From a virus (lineage: Duplodnaviria > Caudoviricetes): a DNA stretch of 64,000 bases. The notes below the pieces were generated by a model. It was not told the DNA's origin and did not search any database. It worked only from the letters and a program-made list of their open reading frames with translations. Below are positions 27,349 through 37,652 of the stretch, piece after piece (positions within the stretch are counted from its first letter, which is position 1; every line of letters begins with the position of its first letter). The position numbers were made by a program, and so were the translations under genes. The stretch covers positions 96,001-160,000 of the IMG/VR virus record IMGVR_UViG_2974508059_000001. One strand, written 5' to 3'.

Positions 27349-28194
27349 ATGCCACTGTTAGCGACCGCTGAAGAGATTATCTTAGCCGAGCTGAACACCG
27401 AGAACCACCTCGACTTAAAAGTCGCTGACGTGCTTTACGGTGAGCCTCAGATTCCGACTTCGGCTGAGGACTTGGCACTCGCCAACGGGCACAACTCGAT
27501 GGTGCGTATCCAAGCGCTCGCCACTGCCAATGCGGTGGGTGCCACCACGGTGTTTTACGACCGTGTAGACTTTGGGGTCATGTTCACCGACCTTGATGGA
27601 CTACAGCCGTTGCGTGTCCCTGCTCGTCTGGACAGTGTCTTTACTTCTCACGATATCGTGAGTTTGATTAACCAGTATTACGGACTGCGTCTACGGCCCA
27701 CCGATGTGGAGATGACCTACATCGACCGCACGAACTGGACGGTACAGCTCACGGCCACCAATACCTCCTTAGGGTGGATTGGTACGCAAGAGGTACAGCT
27801 CCTGCCGGGTGATGCGTTACTGCCGGGTAACTTCGATGCTAAAGAAGTGGAACCGTTTTCGTATCCGTATTTCAACACCAGAGTCGGTCAGGGGGCGGTC
27901 TACTCCTATCCTTGGCGTTTTGATGATTACGCAGCCGAGTTTAAAGCCGGGGGACTCAACCTCACCCAAGCGCGACTCGCTGCTATTCTGAAAACGGTGA
28001 CTGGCGACAGTTGGTTAGTCTACCGCAGCCCGATAAACTACAACCTCAAAGAGGCCACGGTGGTTTATAACGGAAAGAACAGCGCAGACTTACCGACCAA
28101 TCCGTCAGTTGATAACGTCTTGGTTATCGAACTGTCTTTGTATTGCCTCAACCTTGGCGGACGTTTGTATCTCCACTACAACGACCCTGACTAA
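27349..28194 (+). CDS. virion structural protein, paralog family A
   Basis: YDRVDF, INQYYGL, GQGAVYSY, GRLYLHYN. Confidence 0.75.
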   Translation: MPLLATAEEIILAELNTENHLDLKVADVLYGEPQIPTSAEDLALANGHNSMVRIQALATANAVGATTVFYDRVDFGVMFTDLDGLQPLRVPARLDSVFTSHDIVSLINQYYGLRLRPTDVEMTYIDRTNWTVQLTATNTSLGWIGTQEVQLLPGDALLPGNFDAKEVEPFSYPYFNTRVGQGAVYSYPWRFDDYAAEFKAGGLNLTQARLAAILKTVTGDSWLVYRSPINYNLKEATVVYNGKNSADLPTNPSVDNVLVIELSLYCLNLGGRLYLHYNDPD

Positions 28195-28214
28195 TCCCGA
28201 TAAAGGAAGTTAGA

Positions 28215-29141
28215 ATGAAACCTTTAAACAAAACCTCCGACCTCTTGGTTCTGGACTTCATTAACGAAAAGAACGTCGATGCGGATTTGGAACTCTCCAA
28301 AGTCCTGCTGGGGACCCCAGTGGTCAACGACGGCGATGACTCAGCTGACCGTAACACCAAAATGGTGGTAACGGCACGTAAGAACTCTGGTCTGGTCGGT
28401 ACGCAGGGCGTGACCTATTCCCGTCTGGCCGGCGAAGCGCTGTTCCGTAACGTGACCGCGTACATCGATGTGAAAACACCGAAGACCACCGCTGACCTGC
28501 TGGATAAGCTGAATGCCCAATACGGCCTGAAGCTGACCGTGGACGACATCGTGCCAGCGAACATCCCGGACAACACCAACCCACCGGTGACTGACCCGGA
28601 TGCACCAGACCCAGCGCCGGTTGATCACACCCTGACCTTCAAAGATGACTGCTACGCGTTCCTTGGCACCATCCCACTGAAAATCGGTGCGAAGCCACAG
28701 GTCGGTGAGCGTCTGTCTCTGGTTATCACCCAAACCCAGCTCGACGGTCTGCAGTATCCGGATGAGAAGTCTGATACCAAAGGTCAGGCGTACATCTACT
28801 CGTACGGTATCGACGCTACCCCAATTGCGGCCTTCCTGAAAGCGCAAGCAGTGGCGACACTGGCTGATGACTCTGCGTTCGCGACCGAGCTGAACAAAGT
28901 GGTGCCTGAGCTGTGGGTTGATAAAGAGACCGCAGAAGACTACAACCTGCACAGTGCGGCAGTGACCTACAACGGCCCAACCGTTAACCAAGTGCCTGAT
29001 CCAAACAGCACCACGGGTGGCACGATTGACCAACCGGTCGAAGGTGCGAACACGGACTTCAACAGCATCCTGAAACTGGAACTGTCTGATACCCTGTGCT
29101 CTAACTTCCAAGGTGAGCTGTTCCTGCACTATAACGCCTAA
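28215..29141 (+). CDS. virion structural protein, paralog family A
   Basis: Closest to 25696 (TQLDGLQYPD..GQAYIYS, NKVVPELWV, C.NFQG.L.LHYN); Pro/Asp-rich insert. Confidence 0.75.
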   Translation: MKPLNKTSDLLVLDFINEKNVDADLELSKVLLGTPVVNDGDDSADRNTKMVVTARKNSGLVGTQGVTYSRLAGEALFRNVTAYIDVKTPKTTADLLDKLNAQYGLKLTVDDIVPANIPDNTNPPVTDPDAPDPAPVDHTLTFKDDCYAFLGTIPLKIGAKPQVGERLSLVITQTQLDGLQYPDEKSDTKGQAYIYSYGIDATPIAAFLKAQAVATLADDSAFATELNKVVPELWVDKETAEDYNLHSAAVTYNGPTVNQVPDPNSTTGGTIDQPVEGANTDFNSILKLELSDTLCSNFQGELFLHYNA

Positions 29142-29152
29142 TAGGTGTCTGA

Positions 29153-29194
29153 CTAGGGGGAGGGATTCCTCCTCCTAGTTTACCCTTCTTTTTT
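29153..29194 (+). terminator. Rho-independent terminator
   Basis: CTAGGGGGAGG..CCTCCTCCTAG plus T-rich tract. Confidence 0.6.
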
Positions 29195-29215
29195 AGACCT
29201 GCCGAGGAGGCTATT

Positions 29216-30052
29216 ATGGCGTTATATAGTCTGTCTCAGCGACAGTATTTGTACAACGCGATTAACGCGGAGAGTCCCGGCGCGATTGCACCGATGGGGC
29301 TGGACAATGCCTTGATTGGCACACCGAAGGCGATTCCAGCAACGGCCAGTGGTGCCAATACCGAGATTACCGTACGCGGTCGTCAAGGTCGTGGCTACGT
29401 TGGGGCACAAACCTTCCGCTATAAACGTCTGTCGCTGAACGACTTGTTCAAAAACATGACCCCGACGATCAACGCACCCGATGCGTACGGTCCCCTGTAC
29501 ACCGATGCGAAGAAACTCGCGTTCGCACAGAACCTCAATGGTCGTTACGGGCTGAATCTGGTGAAGGAAGACATTCCTGACCAGTACGTGTATTTGAACG
29601 TCAGCAACACCTTACAGGTAAAAGCAACCTGTATCCAGTACACCGGTTCGATTACGTTCATGTCCATCAAAGGCAAGAACAATCTCGAGGACTTGGTGGT
29701 TAACGACATTCTGGATGAACTGCACCACCCGTCCGATGTCAGTCTTGGGAAACTGTCAGCGTCGCTGCTCAGCTACGGCCACGACTTTACCAATGAACCG
29801 CAGGTGATGATGAACATGACCAACGGTCGACTCGACGTTGGGGTGAACGACACCTCGGGGGCCACGGCGAATCTGATGGCGGTGCTGGTAAATCACGGAT
29901 TGCCGGCGTTTGACACCACCGGGGCCTCCATCAAGCGTATGTTACCGACCGCGGATAAGCGGGGTAACACGATGTACGATAACCTGCTGGTGATAACCGG
30001 CGTGAATGACATCCATGTTGACGGCGACTGGCTGCTGCATTACAACAATTAG
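29216..30052 (+). CDS. virion structural protein, paralog family A
   Basis: YKRLSL..LF, LNGRYGLNL, LSYG.DFT, LLHYN. Confidence 0.75.
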   Translation: MALYSLSQRQYLYNAINAESPGAIAPMGLDNALIGTPKAIPATASGANTEITVRGRQGRGYVGAQTFRYKRLSLNDLFKNMTPTINAPDAYGPLYTDAKKLAFAQNLNGRYGLNLVKEDIPDQYVYLNVSNTLQVKATCIQYTGSITFMSIKGKNNLEDLVVNDILDELHHPSDVSLGKLSASLLSYGHDFTNEPQVMMNMTNGRLDVGVNDTSGATANLMAVLVNHGLPAFDTTGASIKRMLPTADKRGNTMYDNLLVITGVNDIHVDGDWLLHYNN

Positions 30053-30063
30053 GAATAACGCGA

Positions 30064-30951
30064 ATGGCAATCTATCAAGATTCAGCGACGGTGCTATTGG
30101 CAGCAATCAACAGCGCCAACTCGCTCACCATCAAAGCCACGGACTTTGTCTACAGTGCCCCGAAAGATATTCGTGGAACGGATAAAGGCGACAGTACGGG
30201 CAAAAACACCCAGATTAAAATCACCGCGGACGGTGTGGCTGGGTCAGCATGGTCTGGTAAGAAAAGTGTCTGCTATAACCGCCTGCGGATTGAAGACATC
30301 GCGGTGCTGTTGGGTAACACCTTAGCCATTGGGCCGAGCAACGACACCCTGTTTGCCGCCTTGGTGGGTTTAAACCAGCGCTACGGGTTTGTGTTTGCAC
30401 AGTCAGATTTGGTCGATGCACAAATCGAGTGGAACTCGGAGAAGACCAGCGGGAAAGTGCTGGTAAGGGCGAACGCATCTTCCATCGGCTGGATTGGTCA
30501 ATACCAGTTCAACGTGGTGAAAGGTGATGAGACCTTGGTGTCCTCGGTAACGACGACGGTACTGACCGGTCTGAAGTACCCGAACGGCCAGATGGGCTCC
30601 GAGTCGGTTACGGCGACGATGGCTCAAGTCTACTCTTACCCGTTCAACTTCTCAGCGTATCGCGACCAGTTGTTAGCCTTCCAGAAAGGCGTGTTGACCG
30701 GTACACCGCTGACCGACATGACCAACATCCTGAAAGCCATCACAGGCAACCCATGGGTGGCAACCAGCGCTTCCGCTTGGGGTCTGGCTGGGGCAGAAGT
30801 GCTCAGCACCGGTCTGAACGATGCGGTTACTCTGCCGACCAACAGCAAGTACAAATACGTGCTGGCGCTCAAACTCCCTGCCACGACGACGCACATTGCC
30901 GGTACGATGTATCTGCAGTTCAACGACGTGGACGACCCGAACGAGGTGTAA
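30064..30951 (+). CDS. virion structural protein, paralog family A
   Basis: YNRLRI, LNQRYGF, LTGLKYP, QVYSYPFNF, GTMYLQFND. Confidence 0.75.
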   Translation: MAIYQDSATVLLAAINSANSLTIKATDFVYSAPKDIRGTDKGDSTGKNTQIKITADGVAGSAWSGKKSVCYNRLRIEDIAVLLGNTLAIGPSNDTLFAALVGLNQRYGFVFAQSDLVDAQIEWNSEKTSGKVLVRANASSIGWIGQYQFNVVKGDETLVSSVTTTVLTGLKYPNGQMGSESVTATMAQVYSYPFNFSAYRDQLLAFQKGVLTGTPLTDMTNILKAITGNPWVATSASAWGLAGAEVLSTGLNDAVTLPTNSKYKYVLALKLPATTTHIAGTMYLQFNDVDDPNEV

Positions 30952-30954
30952 TCA

Positions 30955-31782
30955 ATGCTCAACTACGCGAAACCGTCGAACGAACTGGTGTTCGACCTTA
31001 TTAACCGCGACAACCCGGGGCTGCCGATTAAGGCATCCGTCGATAACTGCATTGTTGAGAAACTCACCACGGTCACCGCTAACGCTGCGAACAACTTCCG
31101 TAACACGAAGGCGCGTCTGCGGGGTGTGCAGGGGTCTGGGTTCCGTGACCAAATCACCGTGTACTACGACCGTGTTGATATCGGTCGGCTGTTACCGTGG
31201 TCGAACTCCACCTACGCCCAGTTTGTTACCTTCACGGCACCGAACATCCACAACGCCCTGTCGGTTATCTTCGACATGTACGGCATTAACTTCGGTACCA
31301 TGGACTTGGTTAACAACAGCATGGGTGGGGTGTCAACGCCGAGTTACAACGCCAACGTTTACTTCCAGACGTTGCCTAACTCCCCGGCGTATATCGGCAC
31401 CGTGCTGATGCGTTTCAGTCGCGGTTTACCGGTGTTGGATACCTCGGTAACAGTGGAGGTGATTCCTGCGCTGTCACAACCGGTTGACCCCGCGTTGAAT
31501 AAGAAGTGCGTGGATATGCTGACGTACGGTATCGACTTCACAGCGTATAAAAACCTGTTGACGGTCGATTCCTCAGGTCTGCCACAGTGGGGTGGCTTAC
31601 GTGCCATTCTGGACTCACTGGGTATCCCGGCGTACAGTGCGCCGGTGTCCAGTAACTTGGTGCAGGATGTCCCGACCAGCAGTGCGCAGTTTGCCAACAA
31701 GGACTACGACCGTGTGGTCATCCAAACCGGCATTGACGAAGCCGGTATAAAGGGTAACGCCTACTATCACTACAATAGTTAA
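30955..31782 (+). CDS. virion structural protein, paralog family A
   Basis: LINRDNPGLP, YYDRVDI, LTYGIDFT, YYHYN. Confidence 0.75.
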   Translation: MLNYAKPSNELVFDLINRDNPGLPIKASVDNCIVEKLTTVTANAANNFRNTKARLRGVQGSGFRDQITVYYDRVDIGRLLPWSNSTYAQFVTFTAPNIHNALSVIFDMYGINFGTMDLVNNSMGGVSTPSYNANVYFQTLPNSPAYIGTVLMRFSRGLPVLDTSVTVEVIPALSQPVDPALNKKCVDMLTYGIDFTAYKNLLTVDSSGLPQWGGLRAILDSLGIPAYSAPVSSNLVQDVPTSSAQFANKDYDRVVIQTGIDEAGIKGNAYYHYNS

Positions 31783-31786
31783 CACA

Positions 31787-31812
31787 AGGCCCTTCGGGGC
31801 CTTTTCTTTTTT
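31787..31812 (+). terminator. Rho-independent terminator
   Basis: AAGGCCC-TTCG-GGGCCTT plus T tract. Confidence 0.8.
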
Positions 31813-31832
31813 GATGGCGGGTAGGAGCCGAT

Positions 31833-33245
31833 ATGCAATTCTATTCGAAGGCAGCATTGCAGCTGGTCTACGATCAGGTGAATCGGGATAACCCCGGGTT
31901 GCCGGCAGTGCTGTCCCCCGATAACGCTGCTATCACGACCGGTCCAACTGCAGTGAGCGTTGGTCAGTTCGGACGTAACACCCGGGCGACGTTCACTGCG
32001 AAACCCGGAACAGGTGTGCAAGGTAATGCGGTTTTGTATTACGACCGTATTGACCTGACATCCATGTTTCCGTTTAACCCCGTGGTGTATTTAAAGTCCA
32101 GCATCACCACCGTGAAAGCCGCACTTCCGTACCTCAACGATGCGCTGGGCATCACCTTATCCGAGTCGGACATCGTCGGGCCAGATACAGCCATCACGCC
32201 CCCCAATGCTACAGTGCGTTCGCTGACACTGACCGTCACTGCGACGTCTCCGGCGTTTTTGGGTAAGCTTACGTTCAGCTACCAGATTAAGTCCTCGGGC
32301 TTTTATCCGAACTCGGGACCGGGACCCAAGAACCTGTTGCAGGGTAACACCGCAATGGGGTATTTCGGGACGGTGGATGCAAAGGACTTGTTCACGCACG
32401 CAGAACTGTCCGCGTTGGCCTTCTTAAAAGGAACGAAGCCGGTGTTGTTGGGCGACACCGAGGGTTGGTATAAGTTTTACTACAATGGCAAGATTATCTA
32501 CTTGCCGATTACACCCCTCGGCAATACGGTGTCGTGGAACACGTTGTACAGTGAAGGACTGGTGTACGGCACAGACGACAACGGCAAGTACCCGGCAGCA
32601 ACGCCTGTCAACCAGAGTCGGATAGTGACCCGTGATTCGGCGAGCGGCGGTCGGTCTTATTTCCGTATTCGCCTGCCGTCGGTAGGGGTTGACCCGATGC
32701 CGGCCGGTACGCCGCCTGATAGCAATATCAGCGGCAGTGAGCTGCAGATGTTTAACTATCTGCGTAACGGCACATGGGCATCACTGACCGGTTCGTGGTG
32801 GACGCAGTGGATGATTACCCAAAACACGGTTAGCACCGCGGTTGCGAATTCCAAAATTGTGACACTGTCGATCCAAAGCTGGACACAGGTACCGAAAACG
32901 GACACCTCTACCGGTTGGTATTGGTTCCCGGTGTTGGAGTTGGTTGATAAGTCCAATACGCTACTGGGTCTGGAGAGTGTGTTTGGAAAAATGGATAGCA
33001 CGCTAACACCAATCGTGTTTGACATTCAGAACAGTCTGCAGGTGCAGCCGTTAGTTCCGGGCATTCCGAAGACCATCGATTTCCTCCCAATCACGTTTGA
33101 TGTCGACCAGTCCTTGGCAGTGAAACCGTTGAACCCGGGCGCACCAAAAACCATTGACTTCCGACCCATTCCGTTCAAGACCGAAATTTACTCGCCAAGC
33201 AAAATTGACCTTGGGTCAACCAGCGGCGAACTTGACGATTTCTAA
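31833..33245 (+). CDS. virion/tail-associated protein (family A N-domain plus GPGP-GYFG domain), cassette 1 gene a
   Basis: QVNRDNPGLP..YDRIDL N-domain; GPGPKNLLQGNTAMGYFG; FPVLELV; about 25-aa C-terminal repeats (P.TIDF.PI.F). Confidence 0.75.
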   Translation: MQFYSKAALQLVYDQVNRDNPGLPAVLSPDNAAITTGPTAVSVGQFGRNTRATFTAKPGTGVQGNAVLYYDRIDLTSMFPFNPVVYLKSSITTVKAALPYLNDALGITLSESDIVGPDTAITPPNATVRSLTLTVTATSPAFLGKLTFSYQIKSSGFYPNSGPGPKNLLQGNTAMGYFGTVDAKDLFTHAELSALAFLKGTKPVLLGDTEGWYKFYYNGKIIYLPITPLGNTVSWNTLYSEGLVYGTDDNGKYPAATPVNQSRIVTRDSASGGRSYFRIRLPSVGVDPMPAGTPPDSNISGSELQMFNYLRNGTWASLTGSWWTQWMITQNTVSTAVANSKIVTLSIQSWTQVPKTDTSTGWYWFPVLELVDKSNTLLGLESVFGKMDSTLTPIVFDIQNSLQVQPLVPGIPKTIDFLPITFDVDQSLAVKPLNPGAPKTIDFRPIPFKTEIYSPSKIDLGSTSGELDDF

Positions 33246-33260
33246 TAGAGGCGTAACCGC

Positions 33261-34262
33261 ATGTCATTTACATTGCGCTGGAGCAATCCCAACACCATCG
33301 CGACGGTGGTTAACATCTATCGCGACACCAAGGACATCTCAGTAGCCGCCCTTCCTGCGCCACTGGCCACACTGAGTAATAATGAAACGTCGTACCGTGA
33401 TAACACGGTCGTTGCAGGACAGACGTATTACTATTTGATGACGGTAACGGCCAACGGTAAAACCGTGGCGACGGCCAGTCAGAAGTACACCGTGGCAGTA
33501 CGTCGGGGCATCGGTCCCAACACGCTTATCACCGGTGATGACCGCTTAGGCTACTACGGGGTGGTGCCACCAGAAGAGCAGTGGTATGGCAATCAATTAC
33601 CCGCAGGGTTTTTGGCCGCGTTTCCCACAGCCTTTGCAGCAACCGATCGTATCCCACTGTTGAAGTTTACCCGCAATGGTAAAATCTTCTACACGCTGGC
33701 CAGCTACTACGCCGGGTGGGCAACGTGGGCAACGCTGTATCAAAACGGCTTGGTGTACGGCACAGGGGATAACGGGCCGGCCAACGGTTACGGTACCCTT
33801 CCGCCAACGTTGCAAGATGCGAAAATCATCTCACAGAACGACACCTACCGGATGCGTCTACCGCGTGGTCTCTCCTCGGCGTCTGCCTCGCCTGTCTTCG
33901 CTTTTAACGACGCGTACAAAGACAAAACGCACGATGAGACTGACCTCATCACGTTCAACGAGTTCAATGACTTGTTGTACCCGCTGGTGATTGATGTGCC
34001 GAACAAGCAGCGCGTGCCGAACGTAATGCAAGCGCAGAGCGGGACACTCGGCTCCCCGGGCAATGCCGCGGGACAAGCGTTTCTCGGCGGGGGGACTATT
34101 TGCATGGAGCACGACAGCGCACAAGACCGTGTGTTGCACCGTGGGCTTTATACCAATGCTGCTGCCACTGTCGTTTCGAATCTGCAAGCAATGCAGCGCA
34201 TCACTTACGTGTCCCCGACACAACAGGGTCGTTATATCCCCCTCTTTGAATTGGTAGAATAA
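33261..34262 (+). CDS. virion/tail-associated protein (FN3-like N-domain plus GPGP-GYFG domain), cassette 1 gene b
   Basis: FTLRWSN..IYR..Y.DNTV..G.TYYY FN3/Ig-like; GIGPNTLITGDDRLGYYG; PLFELVE. Confidence 0.75.
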   Translation: MSFTLRWSNPNTIATVVNIYRDTKDISVAALPAPLATLSNNETSYRDNTVVAGQTYYYLMTVTANGKTVATASQKYTVAVRRGIGPNTLITGDDRLGYYGVVPPEEQWYGNQLPAGFLAAFPTAFAATDRIPLLKFTRNGKIFYTLASYYAGWATWATLYQNGLVYGTGDNGPANGYGTLPPTLQDAKIISQNDTYRMRLPRGLSSASASPVFAFNDAYKDKTHDETDLITFNEFNDLLYPLVIDVPNKQRVPNVMQAQSGTLGSPGNAAGQAFLGGGTICMEHDSAQDRVLHRGLYTNAAATVVSNLQAMQRITYVSPTQQGRYIPLFELVE

Positions 34263-34271
34263 GGAGCAGTC

Positions 34272-35213
34272 ATGACCATTCGTTTAAGCTGGCCTTCACA
34301 GGCAAGCAAGGCATTGACGTCCATTGAAATCTACCGCAAGGTGGGGCACAGTGCGACGCTTGACATCAACAACCCAGGCACCCCGACCGCAACGGTTGCA
34401 GGAGACGCGACTCAGTACGTGGAAGACGTGGCGAACCTCACCGAAAAGACCGTTTACACGTATTGGATTGCGGCGGTAAAAGGCACCGAGCGGTTGTTCA
34501 GTGCACCGATTGTTCAAGGTTTCTTCTTGGATACCGGCCCCGGTCCGCAGAAGCTGTTAATGGGCGACTGGTACGCAGGCTACTTTGGGGTTGTCTCAAA
34601 CCAAGAGCTCGCCGCCCGTGAGGACATCATCGGGACTGGGGGCGGATTAACGGCTGCGCAAGCGGCACAGTACAAGTACGCCCAGAACTGGTGGTACAAG
34701 TTCGTCTATAAAGGACGGATTGTGTATTACCCAAATGTTCGAACCGGGTATGCTGCGTACGCAGACACGTATAACGCAGGCATGGCGTACGGCGTTGACG
34801 GTGTGGGACCTATCATTCCTACGGGTGCGAATCCCACTGCTGGGGTTCCACAAACCGCGATGTTCACCAAAAACGGATATAAGTATCGCGTCCGGTTGCC
34901 GTATGGTTTGGATTACAGTGTTAGTGTTGCTTCAACGGACTATGACAACGGCGAGTTTCGTAATACCTTTGCGCGTTTGTTTGCGACCAACACCAGCTAC
35001 ACGGACCCGAAAGACCAAGGGAAGTTTGCCTCACTCGCGCTCCTGTCGAGCGGTACGACAACTACGGAGAATGGGACGACGGCAATGGTGCCCTTGTACA
35101 CCCCGGCAAACGCCTTGTACTGCTACGGCTATAACCCAACGGCCATCACCTACGCGGGCATAAGCGGTCAGACATTCAGCATGTTCTTTGTCCTTGAGTT
35201 GGTCTTACCATAA
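34272..35213 (+). CDS. virion/tail-associated protein, cassette 1 gene c
   Basis: I.L.WPSQ..K.L..IEIYR; DTGPGP..L..G.W.AGYFG; VLELVLP. Confidence 0.75.
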   Translation: MTIRLSWPSQASKALTSIEIYRKVGHSATLDINNPGTPTATVAGDATQYVEDVANLTEKTVYTYWIAAVKGTERLFSAPIVQGFFLDTGPGPQKLLMGDWYAGYFGVVSNQELAAREDIIGTGGGLTAAQAAQYKYAQNWWYKFVYKGRIVYYPNVRTGYAAYADTYNAGMAYGVDGVGPIIPTGANPTAGVPQTAMFTKNGYKYRVRLPYGLDYSVSVASTDYDNGEFRNTFARLFATNTSYTDPKDQGKFASLALLSSGTTTTENGTTAMVPLYTPANALYCYGYNPTAITYAGISGQTFSMFFVLELVLP

Positions 35214-35224
35214 CGGAGTGAATC

Positions 35225-36643
35225 ATGGGGTTTTATAATGGAACCGCGATGGAGTTACTCTGCCAACAGGTCATCCGTGACAATCCCAGTATGGCGGGGA
35301 GGCTTACTCCTGACGCTGTCACCGTCAATGGGACAGCGGTTGCCCGTAACAACAACGGGCGCAATACGCAGATCACGTTTGTTGGTATCCCGGGGAAAGG
35401 ATTCTTCGGCGAGTTAACCTTGTCTTACGACCGGATTAACTTACTTAACTTCACCGGGAACCTTTATTTCCCGGTGCAGATGTCCGATGGGGTCACCACC
35501 TACACAGAAGCGTTGCCGGACATTAATGACCAGCTCGGACTGAATCTCACCCGGGCGGATTTGGCCGCCCCGGATACGGTCTTGACGGGTGGGACGGTAG
35601 GCTTCACCAGTATCGATATCGCAATCGCTGCCAGTTCTGCGTTGTACAACGGCACGCTGCGGGTCAACTGGCGACGGACACCGGTGGGCAATTACACGGG
35701 CACCGGGCCGGGTCCTACTATGCTACTGGCAGGCGATGAGCAGTCTGGCTACTTTGGTGTTGTTCCTGCAGCAGAGATGTTTACTGCGCAAGAGCTGGTC
35801 AATGCCATTTTAGAAGGCACTGGACTGAGTGCGAACGTGGGCACGGCCTCGTACGACTGGATGAAGTTCTTCTACAAGGGCAAGGTGTTGTTCATTCCAA
35901 AACGCCCGTTGGTCGGTACTTCGTGGGATAACTACTATAAAGCCGGGTCAGCCTACGGTAGCGACGATCCGAATGGGCCGCTGTATCCGGGCAGTGACGG
36001 TGTGGCAGTCCAGCAAAACAAAATCATTGCAAAGCGCAGTGGGGATAAGTCGTACTACTTCCATCACCGACTGCCGCGTGGTGCAGAAAACATCATCGGT
36101 TCGTCAAGCCTGACCGGGGAAGACTACGGTTTGGTGAGAAAGATACTCGGGGGTGAATGGGGTAACGAGCCGGGCACGACCATTGGTCAGGCGGGCGTCT
36201 ACTACATGTCACAGCACATTGGTAATGCGTCACAGCCACAGCTCTTCTCTATCTACACCATGAAGGGTGAGTATTTCAACTCACAAATCTCCAAAACCCA
36301 GACTTACGGATACGTCCCGGTGTTGGAGTACGTGAACCCAGACGACACCGTGTTACCGGTGAGTGATTTCTCAGGCAAGTACAACATCACGGTGACGCCG
36401 CCGGTTGTGACGTACACCCCGCAGGTGAACGAGCTCAGTCCAATCGTACCGCTCGCAACCCGCACAACCCTGCTGACCCCGCCTGCGACCTCAGTAAGCG
36501 CGGATGACGGGTTAATGCCACTCACACCGCTCGCTGCAGCGACGCCGAAGTTGACCCCCGCGACTGTGACCGCCAGTACCCGGGTGCCGAATGCGAAAAC
36601 CTCGCTTAACACTACCAACGGTGTCCTTGGTGACTTTAAATAA
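35225..36643 (+). CDS. virion/tail-associated protein, cassette 2 gene a (paralog of 31833)
   Basis: QVIRDNP, YDRINL, GPGPTMLLAGDEQSGYFG, VPVLEYV, Pro/Thr-rich repeats. Confidence 0.75.
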   Translation: MGFYNGTAMELLCQQVIRDNPSMAGRLTPDAVTVNGTAVARNNNGRNTQITFVGIPGKGFFGELTLSYDRINLLNFTGNLYFPVQMSDGVTTYTEALPDINDQLGLNLTRADLAAPDTVLTGGTVGFTSIDIAIAASSALYNGTLRVNWRRTPVGNYTGTGPGPTMLLAGDEQSGYFGVVPAAEMFTAQELVNAILEGTGLSANVGTASYDWMKFFYKGKVLFIPKRPLVGTSWDNYYKAGSAYGSDDPNGPLYPGSDGVAVQQNKIIAKRSGDKSYYFHHRLPRGAENIIGSSSLTGEDYGLVRKILGGEWGNEPGTTIGQAGVYYMSQHIGNASQPQLFSIYTMKGEYFNSQISKTQTYGYVPVLEYVNPDDTVLPVSDFSGKYNITVTPPVVTYTPQVNELSPIVPLATRTTLLTPPATSVSADDGLMPLTPLAAATPKLTPATVTASTRVPNAKTSLNTTNGVLGDFK

Positions 36644-36662
36644 TGAATAGGAGAGTCGCGCG

Positions 36663-37652
36663 ATGAACTTTACTTTGCGCTGGCGCAATGACAACACCAA
36701 ACCGGTTGTCGTGCGTATTTACCGCAGCACCACGGTCATCGACCCCACCAAGCTACCGGCCGCAATCGCGACCCTCAGTAACGGGGAGACCGAGTGGGTA
36801 GACAACACTGCACTTTACGGTGTTACCTACTACTACTTCACCACTGTCACTAACCCCGCAACCGGCAAAACGGTGAACGGGGTTAACACGACGTACACGA
36901 TTGAGCAACGGCGTGGCGTGGGACCAAACACCCTGCTGTTCGGCAGTGAAACACTGGGCTTCTACGGGGATGTGATTTATGAAGATCAGTTCCCACTGAG
37001 TGCGTTCCAGCAAAAGGTGCAGGATGCCCTCGCCCTTAACAGCAGCACGTTCTCACCATCCTACCGGTTACCGGTGAGTAAGTATATCCGTAACGGTAAG
37101 ATTCTCTACATCCCGGTCTCGCCGCTCACGACACGTTTAACGTGGGCGCAGCTGTATGCCGCCGGCATGGTGTACGGCCGTGATGACAATGGTCCGGCAA
37201 ATGGGCGTGGGGATTTACCTGCAGCTATTCAGGATGCGGGCTGTACGTGGAAAGGGGACAAATACCGGATTCGTTTGATGCGCGGCTTAACGGATGCGCC
37301 AACAGAACCAGCACTGGCGTTCGATGCGAAATACGACGGTGTGTCCCACGACACATCCGATCTTACCGGCTTCAATGAATTCAACGACCTGTTTTACAGT
37401 GTGCAGAACTTGTTCCCGCTGAAACGCCGGTTGGAGGGTGTGCGTTACGCCAGTCCGCTCACAACAACCAACAGCGCGTATGCTGATGGGTATCTGACGA
37501 TGGAGCACGATACCGCATCTAATAAAGCGTTGTCACGTGGCCAAGTCACCTCGCCAATGACGGCAGATTTACTGACCACGATTCGTTATCGTTTACACAC
37601 CTCAACCGTAACTGCTTGGGTGCCGGTTATTGAATTAGTGGAGGACTACTAA
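36663..37652 (+). CDS. virion/tail-associated protein, cassette 2 gene b (paralog of 33261)
   Basis: FTLRWRN, ATLSNGET, RRGVGPNTL, FNEFNDL, MEHD, PVIELVE. Confidence 0.75.
   Translation: MNFTLRWRNDNTKPVVVRIYRSTTVIDPTKLPAAIATLSNGETEWVDNTALYGVTYYYFTTVTNPATGKTVNGVNTTYTIEQRRGVGPNTLLFGSETLGFYGDVIYEDQFPLSAFQQKVQDALALNSSTFSPSYRLPVSKYIRNGKILYIPVSPLTTRLTWAQLYAAGMVYGRDDNGPANGRGDLPAAIQDAGCTWKGDKYRIRLMRGLTDAPTEPALAFDAKYDGVSHDTSDLTGFNEFNDLFYSVQNLFPLKRRLEGVRYASPLTTTNSAYADGYLTMEHDTASNKALSRGQVTSPMTADLLTTIRYRLHTSTVTAWVPVIELVEDY

Noticed and set aside
28341-29129. 262-aa minus-strand ORF (and similar long antisense ORFs at 38274-38966, 49660-50328 and 60611-61222)
   Set aside because: These are shadows of strongly codon-biased structural genes.
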